A stretch of DNA of 32,000 bases from Fastidiosibacter lacustris (GCF_003428155.1 NZ_QLIR01000004.1:30001-62000); one strand, 5' to 3'; positions 1-12,499 are shown, numbered from the stretch's first letter. The notes: generated by a model from the letters alone, not told the origin. A program made the numbers and translations.

Positions 1-536
1 AATCAGATCAAGTTGTGCGCGGTGCTTCTGTGTTACCAAACGGTACTGGTAAGGTTGTGCGTGTTGCGGTATTTACTCAAGGTGATAACGTAACAAAAGC
101 AACTGAAGTAGGTGCTGATGTTGTTGGCATGGATGATTTGGCAGCTGAAGTTAAAAAAGGCAATATAGATTTTGACGTTGTAATCGCTACCCCTGATGCG
201 ATGCGTGTTGTTGGTCAGTTGGGTCAAATCTTGGGACCTAAGGGTTTAATGCCTAACCCTAAGGTTGGCACTGTAACAACTGATGTAGCGCAAGCGGTTA
301 AAGATGCAAAAGCAGGTCAGGTACGTTACCGCGTTGATAAAGCTGGTATTATTCACACCACCATTGGTAAGGCTGACTTTGCACCACAAGCGTTACAGCA
401 AAACTTAGAAACGCTTTTAACTGACTTGAAAAAGCTAAAGCCAGCAAATGCAAAAGGCGTGTACATCAAAAAAGTGACAGTTTCTAGTACAATGGGTCCT
501 GGTCTTATGCTTGACATGAGCACAATTGAGGTTTAA
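1..536 (+). CDS. rplA: 50S ribosomal protein L1, 5'-truncated by window edge (reading frame starts at base 3)
   Basis: [20 protein letters not shown]..., [41 protein letters not shown] match the L1 family; gene order rplA-rplJ-rplL-rpoB. Confidence 0.97.
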   Translation, partial: SDQVVRGASVLPNGTGKVVRVAVFTQGDNVTKATEVGADVVGMDDLAAEVKKGNIDFDVVIATPDAMRVVGQLGQILGPKGLMPNPKVGTVTTDVAQAVKDAKAGQVRYRVDKAGIIHTTIGKADFAPQALQQNLETLLTDLKKLKPANAKGVYIKKVTVSSTMGPGLMLDMSTIEV

Positions 537-564
537 GATAAGCAGCCTTTTTCTCATCAGGCAG

Positions 565-740
565 AATGTATGCGTGTGCAGAAGCTTTGCTTGAATATTA
601 AGTTTCTTTGGGTCAACTGCTTAATATCTATTGAGTTAGTGATGTCAAAGACCGTAGGTGTAACTGAAAGGTTGCTTAATTTCCTACGCAGACGGTGAAT
701 GTGACCTAAAAGAGAAATTTTTATTTGGTTTCAAACATCG
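565..740 (+). promoter_or_regulatory. Ribosomal protein L10 leader (rplJL autoregulatory mRNA structure), approximate boundaries
   Basis: Located between rplA and rplJ; contains the characteristic gaCCGTAGGtgtaactgaaaggttgcttaatttCCTACGcagaCGGTg fold near 650-700. Confidence 0.8.
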
Positions 741-777
741 TATTAAATAACGTAGACAAAAACAAGAGGATTAGCTA

Positions 778-1296
778 ATGGCGCTAAAGCTTGAAGATAA
801 GAAAGCGATTGTGGCAGAAGTTGCTGAACAAGCATCCTTGGCATTGTCTGCAGCGGTGGCTGATTACCGTGGTTTGACTGTGAATCAAATGAGTGATTTA
901 CGTAAGCAAGCTCGTGAATCAGGTGTTTATTTAAAAGTTGTTCGCAATAATTTAGCAAGAATCGCGATCAAAGGAACTGAGTTTGAGTGCATGAGCAATG
1001 CACTTGTGGGTCCTTTGGTTTTGGCTTTCTCGAAAGAAGAGCCAGGTGCGGCTGCTAAATTATTCAAAAATTTTATGAAGAACAATAAAACTTTTGAAGT
1101 GAAGAACTTAGCAATGGGTGGCGAATTATTCGGCGCCAACAAGTTGGAAGAAATGTCTAAGCTTCCAAGTCGCAACGATGCACTTGCATTGTTGTGCAAT
1201 GTATTGCAAGCACCTGTTACCAAGTTTGTGCGTACGCTTAATGAAATTCCAGCGCAAGCTGTTCGCGTATTTGCTGCTGTTGGTGATGCAAAATAA
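778..1296 (+). CDS. rplJ: 50S ribosomal protein L10
   Basis: MALKLEDKKAIVAEVAEQASLALSAAVADYRGLTVNQMSDLRKQARESGVYLKVVRNNLARIA; RBS agagga upstream; synteny. Confidence 0.97.
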   Translation: MALKLEDKKAIVAEVAEQASLALSAAVADYRGLTVNQMSDLRKQARESGVYLKVVRNNLARIAIKGTEFECMSNALVGPLVLAFSKEEPGAAAKLFKNFMKNNKTFEVKNLAMGGELFGANKLEEMSKLPSRNDALALLCNVLQAPVTKFVRTLNEIPAQAVRVFAAVGDAK

Positions 1297-1340
1297 CCAC
1301 TTTTCGTTTTTGAAATAAATTATTTAATAGGAGTTATATA

Positions 1341-1715
1341 ATGGCTATTACTAAAGAAGACATTCTAAATGCAGTTGCTGAAATGAGCGTTATGGATGTT
1401 TGTGAGTTAGTTAAAATGATGGAAGAGAAATTTGGTGTTTCTGCTCAAGCTGCTATTGCAGTTGCAGCTCCAGTTGCAGGCGAAGCTGCTGCTGTTGAAG
1501 AGAAAACTGAGTTTGACGTTGTTTTAGTTGATGCAGGTGCTAATAAAGTTGGTGCGATTAAAGCAGTTCGCGCAGCAACTGGTTTAGGCTTGAAAGAAGC
1601 AAAAGACGCAGTTGAAGGCGTTCCTTTTACAATCAAAGAAGGTGCTTCTAAGGCAGATGCTGAAGCACTTAAAAAGCAGCTTGAAGAAGCTGGTGCTAAG
1701 GTTGAGCTTAAGTAA
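1341..1715 (+). CDS. rplL: 50S ribosomal protein L7/L12
   Basis: [35 protein letters not shown]... [38 protein letters not shown]; Ala-rich hinge. Confidence 0.98.
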   Translation: MAITKEDILNAVAEMSVMDVCELVKMMEEKFGVSAQAAIAVAAPVAGEAAAVEEKTEFDVVLVDAGANKVGAIKAVRAATGLGLKEAKDAVEGVPFTIKEGASKADAEALKKQLEEAGAKVELK

Positions 1716-1740
1716 TTTTTCGATTACATTAAGTTAAAGC

Positions 1741-1776
1741 AAAAGGCTAACAGGTATATTTTACTTGTTGGCCTTT
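1741..1776 (+). terminator. Hairpin with U-rich 3' arm between rplL and rpoB (attenuator/partial terminator)
   Basis: AAAAGGCtAACAGGT atatttt ACTTGTTgGCCTTTT inverted repeat directly downstream of rplL. Confidence 0.7.
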
Positions 1777-1893
1777 TCTGCTATGTGATAAATATGATTT
1801 GTGGCTGAATCTGTGGTCGCAGATAAATAAAGTTTTTTCAAACTTTTGGCATGGTTTAGTGGTTAAAATGAATGTGATCAGAGGAAGTGCCTG

Positions 1894-4800
1894 ATGCCGT
1901 ACTCATACGCTGAGAAGAAAAGAATCCGTAAAGAATTTGGGAATCTTCCTAATATTCTAGATGTTCCATATTTGCTTGCCATTCAAGTAAATTCATACAA
2001 AGAATTTTTACAACAAGAAGTTAAGCCGCAAGTGCGTAAAAATATTGGCTTAGAAGCAGCGTTTAAATCTGTTTTTCCGATTGCTAGCGCTTCTGGCTAT
2101 TCCGAACTTCATTATGTAAGCTACCGTTTAGGTGAATCTACATTTGATGAAAATGAGTGTAGCATTCGAGGGGTAACTTATGCTGCACCCTTGCGTGTAA
2201 AATTACGATTGGTTGTTTACGATAAAGATGCACCGGTAGATAGTAAGGCGGTGAAAGATGTTCGTGAACAGGAAGTTTACATGGGTGAAATTCCGCTTAT
2301 GACGGAAAATGGGACCTTTATCATCAATGGTACTGAGCGTGTTGTGGTGTCTCAGTTGCACCGCTCACCAGGGGTATTTTTTGATCACGATAAAGGCAAG
2401 ACCCATTCCTCAGGTAAGATATTGCATTCAGCACGTGTTATTCCATATCGTGGTTCATGGCTAGACTTTGAGTTTGACCCAAAAGACTTGCTTTATGTGC
2501 GTATAGATAGACGTCGTAAGTTACCAGCAACAGTTTTGTTAAAGGCTTTGGGTTATACTAACGAAGCATTATTAAAGATTTTTTATGAGCCAGTTGACTT
2601 TGAAGTCCAGGATGGTGTGTTAATGATGACGTTTGACCCTAATTCATTAAAAGGCACAACGGCATCGTTTGATATTTTAGACCAAGACAATAAGGTGCTC
2701 GTTTCTGAAGGCAAGCGCATCACAGCGCGTCATACTAAGGTCATGAAAGAGCAAGGGCTTGACCGAATGGAAGTCCCTGTTTCTTACGTAATTGGCAAAG
2801 TATTATATGGTCGTATTGTAGATGAAACTTCAGGTGAGTTGTTGGCTGAAGCAAACGAAGAAATTACTCCGGTATTGTTAGACAAATTGTCTGATCGTGG
2901 TGTTAATAAATTCCAAACGCTCAACACCAATGATTTAGATCGTGGGGCTTATATTGCCGATACATTGCGTAGTGATATTTGTCGCAATCGTGATGAAGCG
3001 CTTGTTGAAATTTACCGTATGATGCGCCCAGGTGAACCCCCAACAAAAGAATCTGCTGAAAACTTATTTCAAGGTTTATTCTTTTCTGAAGAGCGTTATG
3101 ATTTATCAGCAGTTGGTCGGATGAAATTTAACAATCGTTTGGGACGTAAATCCGACAAAGGTGAAGGGATATTAAGCAAAGAAGATATTATCGACGTTGT
3201 AAAAACCTTGATTGATATTCGAGATGGTCGTGGTGAAGTTGATGATATCGACCACCTAGGTAATCGTCGTATTCGTGCGGTAGGTGAGATGACTGAAAAT
3301 CAATTTAGGGTAGGCTTGGTGCGTGTTGAGCGTTCCGTGCGTGAGCGTTTATCTTTAGTTGATCGTGAGAGTGCAATGCCACAAGATCTGGTCAATGCTA
3401 AACCAATTACCGCCGCGATTAAAGAATTCTTTGGTTCGGGTGCGTTATCACAATTTATGGATCAAGATAACCCGCTATCAGAAGTTACGCATAAACGTCG
3501 TATATCTGCATTGGGCCCTGGTGGTTTATCAAGAGATCGCGCTGGTTTTGAAGTGCGTGACGTACACACTACACATTATGGTCGTTTGTGTCCAATTGAA
3601 ACGCCAGAAGGTCCAAACATTGGTTTGATTAATTCTTTAGCGTGTTATGCGCGTACCAACCATTATGGTTTCTTAGAAGCCCCATATCGTAAAGTAATGG
3701 ATGGTGTTGCAACGGATGAAATTGAATACTTGTCTGCAATTGATGAAGGCAATTATGTGATTGCGCAAGCATCTGCTTCAATGGATGACAAAGGCCGTTT
3801 AACAGATGAGCTTATTCAATGTCGCTCAAAAGGTGAGGCAATTTTTACAACAGCAGATCAAGTACAATATATGGATGTATCTGCCAAACAAATGGTATCC
3901 GTGGCGGCAGCGCTTATCCCATTTTTAGAACACGATGATGCTAACCGTGCACTCATGGGATCAAACATGCAACGCCAAGCTGTACCTACATTAAAAGCTG
4001 AAAAGCCACTCGTTGGTACTGGAATGGAGCGTATCGTTGCAAGTGATTCAGGTACTTGTATTGTTGCTAAACGCTCAGGTGTTGTTGATTCAGTAGATGG
4101 TGGTCGTATCGTTGTTTGTGTGAACAATGATGAAATTGGTGAAAGTGATTCTGTCGTTGATATTTATAATTTGACCAAATTCCGTCGTTCTAATAAAAAT
4201 ACGTGTATTAACCAGCGCCCAATTGTAGAACCTGGTGATGTAATCAGAAAAGGTGATATCTTAGCAGATGGTTCTTCAACGGATATGGGCGAATTAGCAC
4301 TAGGTCAAAACCTACTCGTTGCATTTATGCCTTGGAATGGTTTTAACTTTGAAGATTCTATTCTTTTATCTGAGCGTGTTGTAGAGGATGATCGTTATAC
4401 TTCTATTCATATCGAAGAGTTAACTTGTATTGCACGTGACACTAAGCTTGGGGCAGAAGAAATTACAGCCGATATTCCAAATGTAAGTGAGTATGCACTT
4501 AATAAACTTGATGCCTCAGGTATTATTCATATTGGTGCAAACGTTGTTCCAGGGGATATTTTGGTTGCTAAAATTACACCCAAAGCAGAGCAACAGTTAA
4601 CTCCTGAAGAGAAGTTATTACGCGCTATTTTTGGTGAGAAGGCTTCTGATGTTAAAGATAGTTCATTGAGAATGCCAACTGGCATGTACGGTACGATTAT
4701 TAATGTGCAAGTCTTCACTCGTGATGGTGTCGAAAAAGATGCACGTTCAGTTGAAATTGAAAAAGAGGAACTGGTACGCATTCGTAAAGACTTGCGTGAC

Positions 4801-5985
4801 GAATATCGTATTGTTGAAGGTGCTGTACGCTCTTATCTATTTGAACAGTTAAGTGGTAAAAAAGCATTAGCTGGTCCAAATAACTTAAGGCGTGGTCAAG
4901 AAATCACAAAAGAATATTTGAAAACCATTGAGTTTATGCAATGGTTAGATCTTCGTGTTGAAGATGAAGCGACAACCGAAGCTATCGCTCGTTGTAAAGC
5001 GCAAATTGAACAGGCTCGCAAAGATTTTGAGGTAAAGTTTGAAGTTAAGCGGAAAAAGCTAACTCAAGGAGATGATCTATCGCCTGGAGTACTTAAAATT
5101 GTTAAGGTGTTTGTTGCCGTTAAACGTCGTATTCAGCCAGGTGACAAGATGGCAGGGCGTCATGGTAACAAAGGTGTAGTATCTCGTATTCTACCTATTG
5201 AAGATATGCCATACCTTGCAGATGGCACGCCAATGGATATCGTTCTAAATCCGTTAGGTGTTCCTTCTCGTATGAATATTGGTCAGGTGCTGGAAACACA
5301 TATGGGGTTAGCTGCACGTTCTCTAGGACACAAAATAAGTGATGCGTTAGAAGCTAGCCAAAAAGTACAAGATATCCGCAAAGTTTTAGAGGAAGTCTAC
5401 AACACCATTGGTCATAAAAAAGTGGATTTCAAGCAATTAGATGATGATCAAATCGTTGAGATGGCATATAACTTAAAAGCAGGTGTACCTATTGCAACGC
5501 CTGTGTTTGATGGTGCAAAAGAGAAAGACATCAAAGATCTTTTAAAACTTTGCGATATCAACGAAAGCGGTCAGATGCAGCTATTTGACGGTCGTACTGG
5601 TTTGGCATTTGATCGACCTGTAACCGTGGGATACATGTACATGCTGAAACTAGATCACTTAGTAGACGATAAGATGCACGCACGTTCGACAGGTTCGTAT
5701 AGTCTGGTAACACAACAGCCGCTAGGTGGTAAAGCCCAGTTTGGTGGTCAGCGTTTTGGTGAGATGGAGGTGTGGGCGCTACAAGCGTATGGTGCAGCAT
5801 ATACATTGCGTGAAATGTTAACCGTGAAGTCAGATGATGTGAATGGTCGTACCAAGATGTATAAGAACATCGTTGATGGTAATTTCAGGATGGATGCAAG
5901 TATTCCAGAATCGTTTAACGTACTAATGAAAGAAGTACGTGCATTAGCTATCGATATTGATCTTGAGTCTGACTTGAATAATTAA
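1894..5985 (+). CDS. rpoB: DNA-directed RNA polymerase subunit beta
   Basis: [72 protein letters not shown]; [13 protein letters not shown]; full length. Confidence 0.99.
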   Translation: MPYSYAEKKRIRKEFGNLPNILDVPYLLAIQVNSYKEFLQQEVKPQVRKNIGLEAAFKSVFPIASASGYSELHYVSYRLGESTFDENECSIRGVTYAAPLRVKLRLVVYDKDAPVDSKAVKDVREQEVYMGEIPLMTENGTFIINGTERVVVSQLHRSPGVFFDHDKGKTHSSGKILHSARVIPYRGSWLDFEFDPKDLLYVRIDRRRKLPATVLLKALGYTNEALLKIFYEPVDFEVQDGVLMMTFDPNSLKGTTASFDILDQDNKVLVSEGKRITARHTKVMKEQGLDRMEVPVSYVIGKVLYGRIVDETSGELLAEANEEITPVLLDKLSDRGVNKFQTLNTNDLDRGAYIADTLRSDICRNRDEALVEIYRMMRPGEPPTKESAENLFQGLFFSEERYDLSAVGRMKFNNRLGRKSDKGEGILSKEDIIDVVKTLIDIRDGRGEVDDIDHLGNRRIRAVGEMTENQFRVGLVRVERSVRERLSLVDRESAMPQDLVNAKPITAAIKEFFGSGALSQFMDQDNPLSEVTHKRRISALGPGGLSRDRAGFEVRDVHTTHYGRLCPIETPEGPNIGLINSLACYARTNHYGFLEAPYRKVMDGVATDEIEYLSAIDEGNYVIAQASASMDDKGRLTDELIQCRSKGEAIFTTADQVQYMDVSAKQMVSVAAALIPFLEHDDANRALMGSNMQRQAVPTLKAEKPLVGTGMERIVASDSGTCIVAKRSGVVDSVDGGRIVVCVNNDEIGESDSVVDIYNLTKFRRSNKNTCINQRPIVEPGDVIRKGDILADGSSTDMGELALGQNLLVAFMPWNGFNFEDSILLSERVVEDDRYTSIHIEELTCIARDTKLGAEEITADIPNVSEYALNKLDASGIIHIGANVVPGDILVAKITPKAEQQLTPEEKLLRAIFGEKASDVKDSSLRMPTGMYGTIINVQVFTRDGVEKDARSVEIEKEELVRIRKDLRDEYRIVEGAVRSYLFEQLSGKKALAGPNNLRRGQEITKEYLKTIEFMQWLDLRVEDEATTEAIARCKAQIEQARKDFEVKFEVKRKKLTQGDDLSPGVLKIVKVFVAVKRRIQPGDKMAGRHGNKGVVSRILPIEDMPYLADGTPMDIVLNPLGVPSRMNIGQVLETHMGLAARSLGHKISDALEASQKVQDIRKVLEEVYNTIGHKKVDFKQLDDDQIVEMAYNLKAGVPIATPVFDGAKEKDIKDLLKLCDINESGQMQLFDGRTGLAFDRPVTVGYMYMLKLDHLVDDKMHARSTGSYSLVTQQPLGGKAQFGGQRFGEMEVWALQAYGAAYTLREMLTVKSDDVNGRTKMYKNIVDGNFRMDASIPESFNVLMKEVRALAIDIDLESDLNN

Positions 5986-6072
5986 TCTTATTGAGTCGCA
6001 ATTCATTAAATCGTTGCAGAAAGCATCTCTGTAACATGTAATCAAACTTTGCAAAGAATAGGAGTAGAAGCC

Positions 6073-9000
6073 TTGAAAAACTTACTAGGCGGTATGAAAC
6101 AGCAAGGTAAAGATTTAGAGTTTGACCGTATTCGAGTCGCTCTTGCTTCCCCTGAAATGATCCATTCATGGTCATATGGTGAAGTGAAAAAGCCAGAAAC
6201 AATTAATTATCGTACTTTTAAGCCAGAAAGAGATGGTTTATTTTGTGCTAAAATTTTTGGTCCAATTAAGGATTATGAATGTTTGTGTGGCAAATATAAG
6301 CGTTTAAAGCATCGCGGGATTATCTGTGAAAAGTGTGGCGTTGAAGTAACGCAAGCGCGTGTACGACGTGACAGAATGGGGCATATTGACCTTGCTTGTC
6401 CAGTGGCACACATATGGTATTTGAAGTCATTACCATCTCGTATAGGGTTACTGTTGGATATGACCTTGCGTGATATTGAGCGCATTTTATATTTTGAAGC
6501 CTATGCCGTAACAGATCCTGGGATGACACCATTTGAAAAAGGTCAGCTGCTAAATGAAGAAACGTATTTGGATGCCTTAGAAGAGTACGGTGATGAATTT
6601 GAAGCACAAATGGGTGCCGAAGCGATTCAAAAACTATTGATGGATACAGACTTAAATCATGAGATTGAAGTGATTCGAGAAGAGATTCCAACAACAAACT
6701 CAGAAACCAAGCTTAAGAAACTCACTAAGCGTTTAAAATTATTAGAATCATTCCGTGATTCGGGTAATAAGCCTGAGTGGATGATTATGACGGTTTTACC
6801 AGTATTACCCCCTGATTTACGTCCATTGGTGCCACTTGATGGTGGACGTTTTGCAACCTCAGACTTAAACGACTTATATCGTCGTGTCATTAACCGTAAC
6901 AATCGTTTAAAACGTTTATTAGAGTTAAGTGCACCTGATATTATCGTTAGAAACGAAAAACGTATGTTACAAGAAGCGGTGGACGCGCTATTAGATAATG
7001 GGCGCAGAGGGCGCGCAGTTACCGGTTCAAATAAGCGTGCGCTTAAATCACTTGCTGATATGATTAAAGGTAAGCAAGGCCGTTTCCGTCAAAACCTTCT
7101 TGGTAAACGTGTAGACTACTCTGGTCGCTCTGTGATTACAGTGGGACCAACTTTGCGGTTGCACCAATGTGGTTTGCCAAAGAAAATGGCATTAGAATTA
7201 TTTAAGCCATTTATTTATTCTAAACTTGAACACTATGGTCATGCGTCAACAATTAAAGCAGCCAAAAAAATGGTTGAGCGGGAAGAAGCTTTAGTTTGGG
7301 ATATTTTGGAAGAAGTGATTCGTGAGCATCCGGTGCTTCTAAACCGTGCGCCAACTTTGCATAGATTAGGTATTCAAGCATTTGAACCGACACTGATCGA
7401 GGGTAAAGCAATTCAGTTACATCCATTAGTGTGTACGGCATTTAATGCAGACTTTGACGGGGATCAAATGGCAGTTCACGTGCCATTAACGTTAGAAGCT
7501 CAGCTTGAAGCGCGTGTGCTGATGATGTCAACCAATAACATTTTGTCTCCTGCTAGTGGTACGCCTGTGATTGCACCAACACAAGATATTGTGCTTGGTC
7601 TTTATTACATCACACGTGAGCGGGTAAATGCCAAAGGTGAAGGTAAATTATTTGCTGATCTATTGCACGTTCAGCGTGCATATGATGCGGCAGTGGTTGA
7701 TGTGCATGCTAAAATAAAGGTGCGTTTGAATCATAAAGTATTGCTTGAATCTGGCAAATATATCGATGAAAAGGGTGTCGTGGAAACAACCGTAGGACGT
7801 GCACTATTATCCAGTATTTTACCAGAAGGTTTGCCATTTTCGTTGATTAATCAATCTTTAACTAAGAAGGTAATTGCCAAAATTATTGATCAGTGTTATC
7901 GTCGTTTAGGCACAAAGGCAACAGTTATTTTTGCTGACCAGCTAATGTATGCTGGTTATAAGTACTCAACGAAATCAGGCATTTCGATTGGGATCGATGA
8001 TATGATCATTCCTGATGCCAAAGAAATGATCCTCACTGAAGCAGAAAGTCAAGTCAAAGAAATTTCTGAGCAGTATGCCAGTGGTTTAGTGACTGCGGGT
8101 GAGCGTTATAATAAGGTTATCGATATTTGGTCGCGTGCTAATGAAAAAGTTGCTAAGTCGATGATGGAAGTGATCGCAAAAGAAAAAGTCCAGGATAAAG
8201 TAGGAAATGAAGTTGAACAAGAGTCTTTCAACTCTGTATATATGATGGCAGATTCAGGTGCAAGGGGCTCTGCAGCTCAAATTAGACAGCTTGCAGGGAT
8301 GCGTGGGCTCATGGCAAAACCAGATGGTTCCATTATTGAAACGCCAATTACTGCAAACTTCCGTGAAGGTTTGTCAGTATTGCAATACTTTACTTCAACC
8401 CACGGTGCGCGTAAAGGGCTTGCCGATACAGCATTAAAAACAGCAAACTCAGGGTACTTGACACGTCGTTTGGTTGATGTCGCTCAAGATTTGGTTATCG
8501 TTGAAGAAGATTGTGGTACAAACAAGGGTCTGACAGTATCAGCGCTGATTGAAGGAGGAGACGTTGTTGTTCCATTGGGGGAACGTTTATTAGGTCGAGT
8601 CAATGCAGAGGATATTTATAACCCAGGTGAAGATGAAGTCTTGGTTGAAGCTGGCACCTTGCTTGATGAAAAAACTGTAGAATTGATTGAGCAACATGGC
8701 GTCGATCAAGTCGTTATTCGCTCATCTATTACTTGTGAAACTCGTCGTGGTTTATGTGCTAAATGCTATGGTAGAGATTTGGCAAGAGGTCACTTGGTCA
8801 ATATGGGTGAATCTGTTGGTGTTGTAGCGGCACAATCCATCGGTGAACCAGGAACGCAGTTGACGATGCGTACCTTCCATATTGGAGGTGCGGCATCTCA
8901 AGATACGGCTGAAAATAATGTTCAGATCAAGAATGGTGGCAGAATCAAGTTCAACAACATTAAAACAGTTAAGAATCGTGAAGGTAACCATGTGGTGGTG

Positions 9001-10362
9001 TCACGCTCAGGTGAAATCGGTATTATCGATAAGTTTGGTCGTGAGCGCGAAAAATATAAAGTGCCATACGGTGCAGTGTTACCAGTCAATGATGACACTC
9101 AAGTAAAAGCTGGTGCTATCGTTGCAACCTGGGATCCACATACCCATCCCGTTGTTGCCGAGGTTGCAGGTCATATCAATTTCGTTGACTTTATTGATGG
9201 TGTGACCATGAAGCATCAAGCGGATGAAATGACTGGTTTGTCTAGTATTGTTATTACATCTGATTCACAGAAGAGTGGTAATAGAGATATAAGACCACTT
9301 GTACGCTTGATCAATGAGGTTGGTGAGGAGCTATGCTTTCCTAATACCAATATTCCTGCAAGTTATTTTATGCCGATTGGTGCGATTTTAAATATTGAAA
9401 ATGGCACGCAAATTGAAGTGGGTGATGTTATTGCACGTATTCCACAAGAAGGCTCAAAAAACAAGGATATTACCGGAGGTCTTCCACGCGTAGCTGACTT
9501 GTTTGAAGCTCGCCGTCCAAAAGATGCCGCTATTTTGGCAGAAGTTTCTGGAGTGGTGAGTTTTGGTAAAGAAACAAAAGGCAAGCGTCGCTTGATTATT
9601 TTGCCTGAAGAAGGTGAGCCAATTGAGATTATGATTCCTAAATGGCGTCATATTAACGTATTTGAAGGTGAGCATGTTTCACAAGGGGAAATTATCTGTG
9701 ATGGTCCGTTTGATCCGCATGAAATCCTACGCTTGAAAGGTGTACATGCGCTTGCTGAATATATTATCAATGAAATTCAAGAAGTTTATCGCTTACAAGG
9801 TGTGGGCATTAATGATAAGCATATTGAAACCGTTACCCGTCAAATGTTGCGTAAGGTAAACATCCTCGCCTCAGGAGATAGTAAATTTGTTGATGGTGAA
9901 CCGGTTGAGCTTGTGCAAGTACTGGAAGAAAATGATAAGCTTCTTGCAGAAGGCAAGCTTGTAGCAGTTTATGAGCCTATTTTATTAGGCATCACGAAAG
10001 CTTCATTGTCAACGGAGTCATTCTTATCAGCAGCATCTTTCCAAGAAACAACACGTGTCTTAACAGAAGCTTCGGTGAGTGGTCAGCAAGACTATTTACG
10101 TGGCTTAAAAGAAAATGTTCTCATCGGTCGTTTGATTCCATCTGGAACAGGACTTGCTTATCACCAAGAGCGTAAGCGTAAGCACATCGAAGAAATGGAA
10201 ACATTGGAATCAGGACCATCTATGGATGAGTTGGAAATGGCACTAAGTGCTGCGTTAAATGCAGATAACGAGGAAAACAGCGTTGACTTGGAGGATCTGT
10301 TTGTCATAAGTGACGATGATTTTAATGTAGCCGAGTCAGAAGATGATGAAGATGATGAATAA
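6073..10362 (+). CDS. rpoC: DNA-directed RNA polymerase subunit beta'; likely TTG start at 6073 (ORF track extends to 6049)
   Basis: zinc-finger [24 protein letters not shown]; catalytic [15 protein letters not shown]; ggag upstream of ttgaaaaac gives LKNLLGG... N-terminus. Confidence 0.97.
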   Translation: MKNLLGGMKQQGKDLEFDRIRVALASPEMIHSWSYGEVKKPETINYRTFKPERDGLFCAKIFGPIKDYECLCGKYKRLKHRGIICEKCGVEVTQARVRRDRMGHIDLACPVAHIWYLKSLPSRIGLLLDMTLRDIERILYFEAYAVTDPGMTPFEKGQLLNEETYLDALEEYGDEFEAQMGAEAIQKLLMDTDLNHEIEVIREEIPTTNSETKLKKLTKRLKLLESFRDSGNKPEWMIMTVLPVLPPDLRPLVPLDGGRFATSDLNDLYRRVINRNNRLKRLLELSAPDIIVRNEKRMLQEAVDALLDNGRRGRAVTGSNKRALKSLADMIKGKQGRFRQNLLGKRVDYSGRSVITVGPTLRLHQCGLPKKMALELFKPFIYSKLEHYGHASTIKAAKKMVEREEALVWDILEEVIREHPVLLNRAPTLHRLGIQAFEPTLIEGKAIQLHPLVCTAFNADFDGDQMAVHVPLTLEAQLEARVLMMSTNNILSPASGTPVIAPTQDIVLGLYYITRERVNAKGEGKLFADLLHVQRAYDAAVVDVHAKIKVRLNHKVLLESGKYIDEKGVVETTVGRALLSSILPEGLPFSLINQSLTKKVIAKIIDQCYRRLGTKATVIFADQLMYAGYKYSTKSGISIGIDDMIIPDAKEMILTEAESQVKEISEQYASGLVTAGERYNKVIDIWSRANEKVAKSMMEVIAKEKVQDKVGNEVEQESFNSVYMMADSGARGSAAQIRQLAGMRGLMAKPDGSIIETPITANFREGLSVLQYFTSTHGARKGLADTALKTANSGYLTRRLVDVAQDLVIVEEDCGTNKGLTVSALIEGGDVVVPLGERLLGRVNAEDIYNPGEDEVLVEAGTLLDEKTVELIEQHGVDQVVIRSSITCETRRGLCAKCYGRDLARGHLVNMGESVGVVAAQSIGEPGTQLTMRTFHIGGAASQDTAENNVQIKNGGRIKFNNIKTVKNREGNHVVVSRSGEIGIIDKFGREREKYKVPYGAVLPVNDDTQVKAGAIVATWDPHTHPVVAEVAGHINFVDFIDGVTMKHQADEMTGLSSIVITSDSQKSGNRDIRPLVRLINEVGEELCFPNTNIPASYFMPIGAILNIENGTQIEVGDVIARIPQEGSKNKDITGGLPRVADLFEARRPKDAAILAEVSGVVSFGKETKGKRRLIILPEEGEPIEIMIPKWRHINVFEGEHVSQGEIICDGPFDPHEILRLKGVHALAEYIINEIQEVYRLQGVGINDKHIETVTRQMLRKVNILASGDSKFVDGEPVELVQVLEENDKLLAEGKLVAVYEPILLGITKASLSTESFLSAASFQETTRVLTEASVSGQQDYLRGLKENVLIGRLIPSGTGLAYHQERKRKHIEEMETLESGPSMDELEMALSAALNADNEENSVDLEDLFVISDDDFNVAESEDDEDDE

Positions 10363-10777
10363 GTGGGTACATTAAAATAACTGTGTAAATTTTTTCGTAG
10401 GTTATAATGGGTACAATGTATAATCTACGAATGAAAGATGAAACAGGAACAACAAACTGAAGTACTAGGATAAGGACTTGATTTTACTATCAAATCAAAT
10501 GCTGATTTATCAAACTTGTTTAAATCTGCTTTTCTATTAAAGCAATTAACAAAAGGATTAGTTTAACCTGCTTTACAGGCTGAAATAAAAGATTATCTAA
10601 TCTGAATTAAATGCTTACATTTTAATATGGGATAGATAATAGTAAAGAAAGGACAAATAGGGATGTGGAAAAAATTATTTTTGGACAACGTTAGCGTTTT
10701 TAAGTAGCCCCTAAAAAGGGAGAGCCGCGGTAATGTAGCTCTCTTATCCAACTAACATTTAATTTCAAGGAGAAAAA

Positions 10778-10855
10778 ATGAATACGATTACTCATTTTGT
10801 AACGAGCATAAGTATTTTTAATCAGTCACAACCTATTGAAATTCACAAGGAGTAG
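10778..10855 (+). CDS. Putative 25-aa leader peptide MNTITHFVTSISIFNQSQPIEIHKE, stop codon 6 nt before the esterase start
   Basis: strong RBS (tcaaggagaaaaaATG), in-frame TAG at 10853-10855 immediately after the AAGGAG of the downstream gene. Confidence 0.4.
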   Translation: MNTITHFVTSISIFNQSQPIEIHKE

Positions 10856-10861
10856 TGTCCC

Positions 10862-12499
10862 ATGATTCGTAAGTTCTTATTCAACTGTCTTTTGGTCCTG
10901 ACTGGCATCATAGTCCTGCTGGGAGGTATTTTCTCACTATATGCTCATAATACTGACGAGGTTGACGCTGATCCTGCCTTGGTTTTGACCAATAAGGGTG
11001 CTGTACGGGGCGTCATCCGCAATGGTGTGCGGGAGTTTAAGGGTATCCCCTATGCCAGACCTCCAGTTGGTGATTTGCGTTGGGCTATGCCGCAACCTGC
11101 AGAGGCGTGGAGTGGCGTACTGGATGTCTCTCAATATAAGAGCATCTGTCCGCAGGTTGAGCGCTATGGCATCCCCGAATCCAGTGAGAATGAGGATTGC
11201 TTATATATCAATGTCACAGCGCCTTACAAGGAAGCATCGGATCTGTCCCGTAAGCGCCCAGTAATCGTCTGGCTGCATGGCGGGGCGTTTGTGGGCGGAT
11301 CAAGTACCCTCTATCCGCTGGATTATATGTCTAAGAGCGGTGACGTGGTCATGGTTTCGATGAACTACCGGATCGGCGTGTTCGGATTTATGGCTCATCC
11401 CTCCTTAGAGGCGGATCACAACGGCGGTTACGGTCTAGAGGATCAGCGCGCTGCGCTGCGCTGGGTGAAGGCGAATATCGCTGCCTTCGGAGGAGACCCT
11501 GATAACGTGACAATCGCCGGCGAATCGGCCGGCGGTGCTGGCGTCTGTATGCACATCCTAGCGCCAGATGAAACCTCCGGCTTATTCCACAAGGCTATTA
11601 TTGAGAGTGCCGGCTGCGCTACCCCACTGCCGAGTGTCGAGGACGCCAACAAGATTGGTCTGCAGGTAGCCCAACAGGTTGGCTGTACGGATGAGGCAAC
11701 AGCACTGTCTTGTTTGCGCAACAAGCCGGTCAAGGATCTTCTCAACGGGGCGGTGAAAGTTTCGGGCTCGAATATCCTTACTTATATGCCGATCATCGGT
11801 ACCAAAACGAACCCGCTACCAGGGGCGGAGGCATTCCCTGCAGGCAAGTTCGTCAAGGTGCCTGTGATGTATGGTGGCACGCGTGATGAGTTGCGTCTGT
11901 ACGTTGCCTATGCCATGCAGGCTGGGCAAAGCATTACGGCAGATAACTACGCCGAACTATTGAAACAGACCTATGGCGACAAAACCGACGCTATTGTGAA
12001 ACAGTATCCGGCAAGCAATTATTCCTCGGTTGCTTCTGCGCTGGGCACTGTTTGGTCAGATTTCCGCCCGGATGTTGGTATCAATCACTGTATCTACCTG
12101 GAAAGTGCTAAGTTGATGCGCAAGTTCGTACCAGTTTATCAGTTCGTGTTTGCCGATCGCACCGCACCGCCGGTAACAACCAATCCCGGTTTCGAGATGG
12201 GCGCGGTCCACTCTTCCGAACTGATCTATCAATTCCCTCATTACGATAACACTCGTATGCTTGCAGGTCCCAATCTCTCACCCACCTCGCAAAAGCTCTC
12301 TGAACAGATGGTAGCCTACTTCACGAGCTTTGCCAGAACTGGTAAACCAAGCGCACAGGACGCACCGGTCTGGGGTATTTTTGATCGAGAAGACAGGGTC
12401 ATGAACTTCGAACCGGGCAAGCTTGGTTATTTCAATTCAGGTGTTTCGCACCACTGTGAGTTTTGGAAGACTCAGTATCCGTCTATCCTAACCCAGTGA
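10862..12499 (+). CDS. Type B carboxylesterase / para-nitrobenzyl esterase family, N-terminal signal/TM segment
   Basis: FKGIPYARPPVGDLRW, SENEDCLYINV, WLHGGAFVGG oxyanion region, GDPDNVTIAGESAGG nucleophile elbow; hydrophobic N-terminus. Confidence 0.92.
   Translation: MIRKFLFNCLLVLTGIIVLLGGIFSLYAHNTDEVDADPALVLTNKGAVRGVIRNGVREFKGIPYARPPVGDLRWAMPQPAEAWSGVLDVSQYKSICPQVERYGIPESSENEDCLYINVTAPYKEASDLSRKRPVIVWLHGGAFVGGSSTLYPLDYMSKSGDVVMVSMNYRIGVFGFMAHPSLEADHNGGYGLEDQRAALRWVKANIAAFGGDPDNVTIAGESAGGAGVCMHILAPDETSGLFHKAIIESAGCATPLPSVEDANKIGLQVAQQVGCTDEATALSCLRNKPVKDLLNGAVKVSGSNILTYMPIIGTKTNPLPGAEAFPAGKFVKVPVMYGGTRDELRLYVAYAMQAGQSITADNYAELLKQTYGDKTDAIVKQYPASNYSSVASALGTVWSDFRPDVGINHCIYLESAKLMRKFVPVYQFVFADRTAPPVTTNPGFEMGAVHSSELIYQFPHYDNTRMLAGPNLSPTSQKLSEQMVAYFTSFARTGKPSAQDAPVWGIFDREDRVMNFEPGKLGYFNSGVSHHCEFWKTQYPSILTQ

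Noticed and set aside
927-1223. Antisense ORF over rplJ (and the similar 1445-1636 ORF over rplL)
   Set aside because: Antisense to highly conserved ribosomal protein genes; low-complexity product; no independent RBS or family signal
3440-3560. Possible rifampicin-resistance substitutions in rpoB
   Set aside because: The cluster reads [31 protein letters not shown]; the classic Q513, D516, H526, R529 and S531 equivalents look wild type, and the remaining differences look like lineage variation
3359-5806. Several short antisense or out-of-frame ORFs within rpoB (3359, 3858, 4527, 5558)
   Set aside because: Shadow ORFs of a strongly coding conserved frame
6273-9675. Short alternative-frame ORFs within rpoC
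   Set aside because: Shadow ORFs of conserved rpoC; no recognisable products
11443-11745. 100-aa antisense ORF inside the esterase
   Set aside because: High GC lowers stop frequency on the opposite strand; composition is explained by the esterase sense frame (GESAGG region)
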